From assembly GCA_046563655.1 (NCBI GenBank), contig CM102286.1, forward strand, positions 14,446,001 through 14,510,000: a stretch of DNA of 64,000 nt, read 5' to 3'. Every line of letters starts with the position of its first letter. Positions within the stretch are counted from its first letter, which is position 1. The notes below the pieces were generated by a model. It made no database searches. It saw only the letters and a program-made list of their open reading frames with translations, and was not told where the DNA came from. A program made the translations under genes and the position numbers. Below, piece by piece: positions 40,655 to 50,948 of the stretch. The DNA is from Yuukianura sp. NJ FZ-2021 (taxonomy: Eukaryota).

Positions 40655-43600
40655 ATGAATAAGGTAAAAAACATCAATAACTTCAAAATAATATGGTGAA
40701 AAATGGAAATTCCGAAAATTTACACGCCTTAAGTTTTGAAGTTTAACAAGTTAAACTAGCTAACGTTCAGTCAAGTTTGTTTTTTAAATTCACAATTTCA
40801 AAATTTTACCCGTTGAGGACTCAAGCCAAACTGGTTCAGTTTCTTTTTCTTTTCATTTCAATATCGAACTTTTTTTTATTTCGTGCGGCGTTTTGAAAAA
40901 GTTAACAAGGAAAGAATTTTTATTTGGAAATGTGATGACCTCCAAAATTTATAGTTTTTTTTCACATTTCGGATTCATGTGAAAGTTTTAGACCACACAG
41001 AAGTTTGAGTTTTGAACTTGAGAAATGAAAATCGAAATTTGAATATATAATTTCCCGCCGCCCACGCTTTCTCCGTGCTGAAACTTGTGTAGGTTGGCGA
41101 ATTCTAGCATAAACCAGTTTTGAATTACTGCTGAATTACCATTGAATTACTTGTGTGTTGCAGGTGCTGGGTGGACTGTTTCTAGGTAATTACCGAGACT
41201 CGAAGGACGTGGCACAGATCCAGAGACATAGGATTACTCACATTCTGTCCATCCACGACGCCCCGAAGCGCCATTTCCCGGTACCAACACAAAATATTCT
41301 GAAAACTAACGTAAACCTAACTTTCCTAGCCTAACAAACCTTAAACCCTTAAGACTTGGAACTTTAGTGAGGTTTTAGCCTAAGCCAAAACCTATTTTGC
41401 ATAGCTGAGGTTAGGTTTTGTGTAACTACATTAGGTTGGGCTATTTGCATGTTGAGCAAGACTAAATGGAGCAGAGCGCGGGAAGTGTAGAATCCGCAGT
41501 GCAGCAAAGGCGGGGGAAAGCAGGAGATTTATTTGACCCGAGAGGTGAAAGTGGGAAATCAAACAAAAGTTTTTTCTTCTCTTCCTTTCGTGTGTCTCGT
41601 TCAATAACCGCCACAATTTCCCCCGATTTCCCGGGAACACAATTTCCCAGTGGAATTCATGTTTCAATTTAAACTACTAAAACTTATGTACTTTTACTTT
41701 CTACTTTTATCTTTAGCCAAAAGTAATAGTCCTTTTACTTTCTTCCTTTCCTCCAGGAAATCTTAAATCTTTTGTGACTCCTTTCCTTTCTTTTACAAGT
41801 GAAACATTACACCAATCCTATTTTTACTTCTTTTCCTTTCCCGTAGTTACTCCCGCCATTCTGAACATAGGTGCTTTCCACTGCGTTTCTAATAATAAGT
41901 TACTCCCTCCGCATTTCCTTCAGTTATTCTTTGCATACTGCTCGTCTAGTTACTCCCTCCATACTTTCCTTCCATTTTACTACCTGCCTTGTGATAATAG
42001 TTACTTCCTTTATTTTCTACCTCTCAATATACGTAGTTACTCCCTCCATGTTTTTAGATTTTCAATATATGTAGTTACTCCCTCCATATTTTTAGATTTT
42101 CAATATATGTAGTTACTCCCTCCAATTTCACCATAGTTACTCCCTCTAAAATTCAATTGTAGTTACTCCTCCTTACTTCCCACGAAGGTAGTTACTCCCT
42201 CTATTAATATTACTTTCGTCTCCATGTCCATATAGTTACTCCCTTCATACAAGTTATATACCTACTCTTATTGTTCCCGTAGTTACTCCCTCCATTTTAC
42301 CTCTGGATTTCCGAAGTGACCCGGAGACGTTAAGATGTCAAATAACTTATTTCACAAGCAGAGCACGTCTCTTTAGTCTCGCCGGACCATTTTTTCTTTT
42401 CTTCTTCTTAGCAGTTTAGCGACTCAGCAACTGCGGAATCTCTCCTGTTCTCTTTTTTTAGAACACGAATCCTCGTTTTTTGAAAACGGAATTTCCCGTT
42501 TTCATTTTATTTTTGAAATTGAGGTCTTTTTCTTTGGAAGTGATGGCGTGTCAAAGGGCAGTTTCGTTTTTAGAAATTGAGGTCAACTTAGGGAGGAGCA
42601 GGCGAGGAACAAAGCAAAACTGGAGAAGCGTGTGTCTCGTGTGGGAGTGAAAAGTTTTGTGAGGTCTTTATTATTCGTATTATGACGGAGGGAAATCAAA
42701 GGAATAACGACGGAGAACGAACACGCGGGAAACGGAAAAAGTTTTTGAATTGAATTGAAATTGGAAAAGTTTTTGAAAGAAAAAGTATAAAAAACGATGA
42801 TAAAAAGTGTGGTGTAGTAATATAAGTTTCCAAAAGAATGTTTGTGGCGAACCAAAAAAAAAGAGCGGGTAAATTCAAATTGTGGGTTTCATTATGGTGG
42901 CACTCAGCAGAAAAAAAAAGCGGGAAAAGAAGGTTTTTTTTTAAAAAAAAAAAAGTTGGTGTCAAGGGCCACATTATGTTGAGTACTATCTCGGCTCCTA
43001 CTTTGGTCCTAATGAAAAGATGTTTGAATTTTTCAAAATGTTACATTTTTTGAAAAAGCTGGTTTCTTTTTTTCAAAAACTTGTTGTTTAAAAATTTCAG
43101 GAAAAGGAGTACTTGTGCATCATGGCGTCGGACTCAACGAACCAAAATTTGTCTCAATATTTTTCTACTTGCAACGACTTTATCCACATTGGACGAACTA
43201 CTCCTGGCGGAAACGTTTTGATTCACTGGTACTTTTCAAAAAAAAGTTCAAAATTTTGAAAATTGACTTTTTGAAAAACTTTGACCTTTGACCTTTCAGC
43301 TTGGCTGGAATGTCTCGTAGTGTTACCATTGCTATAGCGTACCTCCTTAGCATCACTTCATTTACGCTCAGTGAAGCCGAAAAAATCGTTCGCGGAGCTC
43401 GACCGGTATCGAATCCGAATTCCGGTTTTATGAAACAACTCCAAGAATTTGAATCCTCTTCACGTCTGTTTGAGGTAAATTTCAGATTCAATTTCAAAAT
43501 CTCCCGCCGAATGACAGAAATTTCGATTTCAAGAAACAGTCAGGTTATAAATTATTTTGGTTTTAAGCTAGGTTTTGGTTAAACCTAACAAAAGGCGAGA

Positions 43601-46181
43601 ACAGCTTAAGCCTTTGTAGAGGTAATCAAGATTTATGAAAGTGAAAGTGTAACCTAAAACCAACGACGAAGAGAAAGTTCAAGTGAAGGAACGTGCAGAA
43701 AGGTGTTGTTGATTTATTGATTATCCAGCTCCTTAAGTTCGAATCCCACACCAGTCGTGTTTTTCTTACTTAACAAAGCCTATAACCTGAAATTCACAGT
43801 TCATTCCAACACTCAAGTGATGTTTTTATGTCAAGCATTATGTTATTTTATGCAAAACATCATGTATTTTATGTTATTTTATGTAAAACGAGTTTTTATG
43901 TTTTTATGGCTAGCTTACTTTAAGGTTAGGCTCTTCGTGTGTTGTTTAAGAAGACGGTTGAGTTTGAGTAGTACCGGTTTGGTGTTTGGACTTTGAGAGC
44001 GGAATGAGTCGGTTTCCGACACGACGAAACCGGCCGACGATGTTGTCAATAATCGGAACCTTGGATCCGAAGAAACTAATTCCGAAGACGGTCGTGATGA
44101 CCTGAAGATGTTCATTTTCCCAGCGAATGGTCATCTGCCGATCATCTTCTTCGTTCCAGTTGCAAATGCTGCCAGTATGTACTCCAGCACCCATCTTCGG
44201 AGTAATCACGCTGTGAACTAGTTTTCCAAAAAACAAGAGAAAATTTAGACAAATTTAGAAAGTTAAAAAAACACAGACTCTGGGAAGGAGTTTAGACACT
44301 GTTGTACCGAAAGTTTTTTTTTTTGGAAAGTGTTTTGTTTTTTGTTTAGAAAAGTGATTTTTTAGTTCTTTTTTTTTGAAATTGATACCAATGTATTTGA
44401 ACGGCTTTTGAAGGTCCATAAGAGAGGCCATTACTGTTTGTAGAATTGCGTTCGTGTCATCACGAACTGTGCGATCGTCGTACGGCTTCTCGCCTATCAC
44501 TTGATCAATTCCAGATTTTACAAGAGCCTCCACTTCAGGAGACAAGAAGATACACTTAAAAAATTAATTGCAATTAAACTTTAATTGACTTAGTGGGAAT
44601 TCAATTAGCTTAATTGAGAATTCAATTAATTGGGAATTCAATTTAAATTGAAGAATTCTTACGTCATTTTTGAACTCATCCTCCAGTTCATCAAAAGTTG
44701 CAACGATCGACATTTTTGCAATTGAATTGCAGCGGGGTTCCAATTGCTTACTCCAAAAACTTTTTTCGACAAAAGTTTACCCAAACTTTTCGAAAGGTTA
44801 AAAAAGAAGAAGTCGTTCCGGCCCTGATCCAACTTCTGATCAAAAGTGAAGGAGACAAGAGCGAAATTCGATTTTCAGAAAATTAGATGAAATTGGTTTG
44901 GAAATTGAAAATTTAGTTTAACTGCTTCTCTTTTTAGAAAGTTGTAGTACTACGATGCTGTTGTCCATGGCAACTCAAAATGAGAATTTTTTTTTCCGAA
45001 ATTGGATTTCAATTTTTAAATTTTTTTTCAGGAAAGACGTCGAATGCTGGAGACGTATCCAGGGTCGACATTTTTCGACGGAGATGCGGAGTACTGTAAA
45101 AAGCATTTAGCAAGTTACAACCATTTGATAGCCCATCAACATCCAATCAAAACTTCGCCTAGGAAAATCCCACCAACACCTCAACAATCCAAGTATACAA
45201 TTTTTATAACTTATTTTATTAATATTTTATATCATTTTAATATTTTATACATATTATTGAGTTTTATTTTTGAATTTCCCACAGATTCGATTCGGCTGAA
45301 AATGTTGCCGCTAGTCGTGAATCTCTCAGTGGCACTGCAGGGCCGTCTCGCAGAAAAGCCAGTTCCACTCCAAATTCTCCAGCGATTGGCGACAGCGGTG
45401 GGCCCATGTCACGGACAAGGTCAACGAGGTCATCCAGAACACATCCTATGAGCCGCTCAACTGGTGGGGCCACGCCACCAGAACCCACCCCACCGTGGGA
45501 ACGACACTACGGTTGCTGGAAGGAACATTTCAGGGCCAAGAATAGTGTCAGTGGCGGGAGTCCTTTGCATAGCAACTCCACACCTCCGAGTCCTGTCCAC
45601 TACAAGGTGACACGGACACACTCCAGAACGGACTCCATGACATCAGTGACCTCTGTGACCTCTCTCCCAGCTCACTTGACCTCTGCTGGCAACACTCCGC
45701 TTGTTGCTAGGCGACCATCGACCACTTCTGCAATTGAATCACAGTCTCCCGAGAGACGTCGACCCGGTAGAAGGCAGCTACCACAACCAAAACCAAGGTA
45801 ATTTAAAAAAAAAGTGAGGTAATTTTCAAAAAATAAATAGCGGGAACTCAGGTTTTCAAAATTTGAATTTTTAGATACCCGCCTTCTGCCAGGGGATCAC
45901 GTGAGCTCAATGTTGGTGAAGAGGAAGATGAGACGCTTGCAGTCGTTTTGGTGAGTCAGCCGGTCGTTCCAGCCCCAAATCCAAGCAGTTCTCATCCGAT
46001 TCAGCGCAATAAATGGCCGGTCGCTGTCGCTTCAGCGCTTCCTCCGACGATTCCCGAACTCCGACTTCGGGGTCATCAAGTGGACAAAAGTCGGAGTCTA
46101 ACGGCCAGAGCCAGTCTGGGCATTACTCGGTGGGTAATGAAGAGAAGTGGTGCCTTTCGATATGCCATGGACAATTCATAA
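40655..46181 (+). CDS. Atypical dual-specificity phosphatase, DUSP15/DUSP22-like, with a long disordered C-terminus
   Basis: Exons: MNK (40655-40663); 41164-41280 VLGGLFLGNYRDSKD..ITHILSIHD; 43101-43228 YLCIMASD..NLSQYF..VLIHC; 43300-43474 LAGMSRS..NPNSGFMKQL (catalytic HCLAGMSRS); then exons from 45032 to the stop at 46181. The true N-terminus may extend upstream. Confidence 0.88.
41842..42293. repeat. Array of ~12 TAGTTACTCCC motifs with variable spacers, in a DUSP intron
   Basis: The motif (G)TAGTTACTCCC(TCC) recurs every ~25-55 bp; two spacers (42034-42110) are a near-exact 38-bp duplication. Confidence 0.85.
43946..44713 (-). CDS. Dynein light chain Tctex-type (DYNLT1/3-like), nested antisense in a DUSP intron
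   Basis: Three exons (44713-44663, ~44554-44388, ~44218-43946): MSIVATFDELEDEFKND/CIFLSPEVEALVKSGIDQVIGEKPY..LQKPFKYI/VHSVITPKMGAGVHTGSICNWNEEDD..IRWENEHLQVITTVFG. KPFKYIV, GAG-H and W..D..RWEN..VFG are Tctex-1 family signatures. Confidence 0.88.
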
Positions 46182-46699
46182 ATTGTGAAGAAATGGAGTC
46201 ATTCATGTCAACAAATTGGCAACTCCACTGGATTCTGCAAGAATCTTCTGGAAGGGAGGCTATAGGCACAATAATACCGTAAATCTTCAAATAATACCCC
46301 CGGGGTACTAATTCTTTTGTAGACTTTTGGAGGAGTGCTAATAGAAATAGAGGCATTATTTGAGAGTGGGGTACTACTTGAAGGTTTACGGTATCTAAAA
46401 GATAGAAAAATTGGCACGGTGCCACCAACAAACACAGAAAAGACGCTTTTGCAAACAAGTCGAAAAATGATTTGGTGCTACTGGCTGAATAACTTTTGGA
46501 TTTGGAGAGATTATAAATTATATGAGTTACACAGCAATAATACTCAAAAGCTATACTATGAGTTAGTTAAACTGAATTGCAAATTAATTAAACTCTATTA
46601 ATCAATTTTAAGTTGATTAAAACTAGTAAAAGTTAAAACACCAAGTTTAAACAACGGCCTTGCAAATTTGGAAATAAAAACTACACGGATACGCGGTTT

Positions 46700-46733
46700 T
46701 GATAATGCACGTTATACGCGAGAAAATACGGTA
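46700..46733. mobile_element. Solo right end of the CCGTA MITE family
   Basis: GCGAGAAAATACGG|TA is identical to the right terminus at 13990-14005; no matching left end was found. Confidence 0.5.
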
Positions 46734-47241
46734 ACAATCAAGGTAAATAGAATACAATAAATTACAAATTATTTCCGCCTCGCTATTACTTTGCTACACT
46801 ATGCTTCACTTTAAAAAAAAAAGTTTTTGAAAAAACGACTTTCAAAAAAAAAGTTATTGACAAAATGCTTATTTTTTTTTTTACATATTTTATTGGAACA
46901 TTTCATATTTTTCAGTTTATGTTTTAACTTGTGTGTATTACAACTTTGAACTTTTTAAGAATAGATGTTTAGAAATTATTTAATCATGTCTAAAAATTAT
47001 TCATTTTTTGAAAAAACAAGCAACAAAAAATGAACATGGAAACTTAAAAACGTTTTGTTCTGCATAAACCTAAATCGATCCAGTTAACGTATACCGTGGA
47101 GAAATTAATTAGGAATTAAATTATTTAACTTAATAAATAATTTAAATTAGGTTTAACGTCAACTTAACTTAAATTAACTTCACCAGCTGAGGTCACTAAA
47201 CTGAATTAGACATTGAAAGAACGATTAGTCACTCTGTGTTC

Positions 47242-47783
47242 TTATTTAGATCCTCCGTTCTTGACCTTCCCCCCGTCACCAGCTTGACCTTCGTCTTCCT
47301 CTGACACCTCATCATCATCTTCTTCCTCCTCGTCACTGATATCTTCGTTCTCTTCTTCGTCAACATCATCATCATCGTCATCGTCTGATACGTCAATGAC
47401 TTCCGCTGGAACCTTGTTCTTTGGATCCTTCCTGGCCAAAACGGCTGGAGCTACGTCTTCATCATCCGACAAGTCTTCTTCGTCATCATCGTCTTCCACG
47501 TCATCGTCACTCCCAGACTCTTCGTGATCGTGTTTGGACATTCTGGGTTTCTTGGCACCTTAATTTCACAATGACTTCAGTTAACTAACTGCAACACTTA
47601 CTAACTCAACTGACAAGTATCGAAGTACATCGTAACTAGCTTACCATTCATAGTCCTAGTGGCTAGTTGCGGCTGAGGTACTCCACCAGTTGACTTTCGG
47701 GCAGTCACTTTGGCCACTGGAGCTGGACCACGATTAGCCTTGTTCGTACTGACGGGAACTTCACCTTCATCTGAATCTGACAT
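47242..47783 (-). CDS. Uncharacterised 151-aa acidic protein with a histone H3 N-tail-like segment and no histone fold
   Basis: Exons 47783-47645 and 47558-47242, joined through a GT-AG intron, give a continuous frame: [60 protein letters not shown]..GGSK*. Confidence 0.8.
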
Positions 47784-48201
47784 TGTTCTGAACGTTTTTA
47801 AAACAAGAGTTAGCAGCGACTCCGGATCCGGAATTCCTTGTTCTAAAAAATTAAACAAGACGGCGTCACTTTTACAACCAGAAATTCGTAACCTCCCGCA
47901 CACGCGGTTTACATAAAAAAAAGGACTCGGCTCGGCGTCTTCAGGTTCACGCCGAAACCAATGCAAGTGGAACTTACCTCTTTAGACTAATCGATTAACC
48001 GATGATTAATTGAGGTTATTCGGCTCTTTGATTCTGTTCAACTTATTTAGAACACACAAGTAAAGATGACTGAAGGTATTTACGAATACGACGGAGATGG
48101 AAGAACAAGCAAGGGAAAGATTAATTTTTCAAAGTTCCTTTGTGTTATTGGGAAAAAAGCATAGTAGGAAAAGCAAGGTTATTTGCTAGTCTTACAACAA
48201 A

Positions 48202-48643
48202 CAGGCTGTGCCACATGGCAAAATTTGGACACTTCGAGTTTTATATTACGTCAAGCAACAATAATTATTTGTGTCATAATGTCCATAACTGACCCGCGAT
48301 GAATTCGACGGTGGCTAAAGGTAGCCAAGAACATTGATGTAAATTCTTTTATTAATTACTAGAATTTCTACACCTCTTTCTATACCTTTCAACCGTCTCA
48401 ATAGCACTTACTCCAACTTTTAGGATTCACCAAAAACATGAATCTAAAAGTTTCCATTCTATTACATTTAGCAATTTAGCACCAAAATTTGAGTAAAAGT
48501 TTCCTTTCTTTTACACTTATCGTTAGTACTAAAAACATGGGGCTAATAGTTTCCTTCCCGCTGAATTTTATACCAAAAACATGAGTTTGTTTTTATATTA
48601 TGCTGAAACGCAAAGTCCAAATTTGGCCATGTGTCACAGCCTG
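48202..48643. mobile_element. MITE with ~29-bp TIRs (Tc1/mariner-like)
   Basis: CAGGCTGTGCCACATGGCAAAATTTGGAC versus the reverse complement of GTCCAAATTTGGCCATGTGTCACAGCCTG: two mismatches. Right flank TA, left flank AA. Confidence 0.8.
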
Positions 48644-49044
48644 TAAAATAGGGGCATTCTGGAAGGCATAGCTTTTTTCCATATATCGTTCGTTAGGGGA
48701 CGGACAGAAGCAAAAGCATGCATGACATCGATGCTTTACTTTCTAATAGGATGCTTGTTGAAAGCTTGATGCTAAAAATTAATTTTAGAACCACAAATTC
48801 TCAGTTTGGACAACTTAAAATGAATACTAAGAAAAATAACATCATCTTTCAATAATATTTTTTTGAGAAGTCCCAAACAGGAAAAAACTCAACAGGATTC
48901 CAATTTCTCGTGAATGGATGTTTGTTTATTAAAGCTTTTTAGTAAAACGTTCAAGTGTTAAAATACGCTATCAAATAAAATTCCTAAAACTACAACTAAA
49001 AGCACGGATTTTCAAATTCTCTGCACAGACGCAATGATATTGTT

Positions 49045-50948
49045 CTAATTTCTGGATTCTAGGTGGAGCCACATTCCATTCAGTGGTTTCAGAATTCCTT
49101 TCGTACCGAATTTTGGTGGGATTTCTGTTTTCTTTCCCGGGGAAATTTTGAAATTCAAAATCAAGTGGGCCACGGCAGCTTTTCCTTCCATCAGAGCAAA
49201 GCGATTGGCAATGCATGCTCTTGGTCCAAGGCCAAATGGCAAGTATGCATATGGATGTCGACTGGCTTTTGCTTCTGCGCTGAATCGCTCGGGGTCAAAT
49301 TTTTGTGGTTCTGGATAAATTTCGGGGTCATGGTGAATTGCATAAGTTGGAACAATGATGTGCGTCTCTTTTTGAATAACGTATTTGTCATTTGGAACTT
49401 GGTAGTCCTTGTTGCACTTTCTTTCTGACCGGACTCCAGCCGGGTATTTTCTCAAAGTTTCTGAAAAAGAAACCCGAAATTTTAAGATTTTTTGCATTAG
49501 AGGGAAAAAACAAGGTTCCTATAGCACCGAAATAGCTATCTTTAACAGGTTAGACAATCAGTCCAATTTTCCAAAAATGTAAAATCGGAGCTAAAATCGG
49601 CAAGGACACAGAGCTGCCGTGATGTCGTTTCATGTTTTCAATTTTTGGGGGAAAATAATAATACTTATTGCCTAACCTGTTAAAGAAAAATTAGTTTCTT
49701 GTTTACGAACCTTGGAAAAAACAGAAATTTTTTGTTGATTTTTAAAGTTAAAAGTCAATGACCTTTGACCTCACCTGAAATAACCATGTCCAAATATTCA
49801 ACTTTGTTGACATTATCGTAGCTCAACTCTTCTTTGTTTCCATTCGTAGCCAATCGGAGAGCGTCGTAAAGTTTTTCTTGAATTTGCGGCGCAATTGCTA
49901 ATTCGTAACAGGCCCACATCAGGAGTGACTCTGTCGTGTCAAATCCAGCGACAAAGAATAAATTGCACTGTGCAATTAACAAATCATCGTCCAATTTAAC
50001 TTTGTTAACTTTCTTCAAATCCAATTGAGCATCAACGTCATACTGATCTTGCGTCTCCGCAACTTCTGCGCCTGTCCCATTCTCTCCTCCCAGAGATTGA
50101 TCTTGTGCTTCCAACATTAGTTGCAAAAAATCGTTCCTTTTCTCACCAAGTTCCTTACGACGTCGAATGCTATCTCGTACCACCGATTCTAAAAAGTTGA
50201 TTGCTTCTTCATTAAAAAGTGGCAATTTCCATTTTTTGGCAAGTTTCGGAAACAAAATCATGAACATAAATTTGAACATGACGAATTTTCCAAAATTATC
50301 TTGCAATCCCCGTGCGTTGACAGCAAAAGCAGAGTTGGCGTCCTTGAAATTTTGACTGTCGACGCCAAATGCTGCCGATGCAATGACATCCATTGTGTAA
50401 CGACCACAAACTCCGCGCAGCTCAACTTCGCCACCGTTTTGGCCAATTTCTTTGTTCAAAAAGTTGACCATCTTCTCCCCACTTTCGTTGAAAACGCCAA
50501 ACATTCTTTTGATTTTGCTGGTGGTGAAGGTGGGACTCATGGTGGCTCGCAAGTCTTTCCAATCTTGACCCACCATGTTGAACAACATTTTGTCAAATTT
50601 GACATCCGAAAACTCAATTCCTCTTCGGTTGACGAAATGGTCAAAATCTTTGACCAAAATGTTTTTGATCAAGTCGGGGTCAAGGATGAAGAGCATGGGA
50701 TGTCTGAAGAGTGTTGTGCCGCCAAATTTCAAACCGGGTTGTTTTTTCATTTCTTTGTAAATTGCTAAATCGTTGGCTTGAAATGGAATTCGAAACAGAA
50801 AGCGATCTGGAATGCTAAAAAGTGAGGCAGCGCTGACATAGAAAACGCCGCGTTTTGTCCAGTAGTCTTGATTTCCATCGGCGTATTTGTAGACTAACCA
50901 AAGTACTGTACAAACCAATACTACTGTTGCTACTAAGGCGAACAGCAT
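49045..50948 (-). CDS. Cytochrome P450, CYP3 clan (CYP9/CYP6-like), two exons
   Basis: N-terminal membrane anchor, WKDLR C-helix, FFVAGFDTT I-helix, ETLRKYP K-helix, FDPERF and heme motif PFGLGPRACIA; single intron ~49774-49463. Confidence 0.95.
49511..49714. mobile_element. Probable MITE in the CYP intron (CAAGGTTC termini, sub-terminal inverted repeats)
   Basis: CAAGGTTC/GAACCTTG termini; TCTTTAACAGGTTAGACAAT versus ATTGCCTAACCTGTTAAAGA inverted pair; GAAAAAA on both flanks (possible 7-bp TSD). Confidence 0.6.

Noticed and set aside
41842..42293. CRISPR-like repeat/spacer appearance
   Set aside because: The repeats are only ~11-14 nt, the spacers are irregular and partly duplicated, there are no cas genes, and the context is a eukaryotic intron.
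47242..47783. Calling this a histone H3 or CenH3 variant
   Set aside because: No histone-fold sequence (e.g. ALREIRRYQ, LLIRKLPF) follows the tail-like segment; the frame ends in an acidic tract and a stop.
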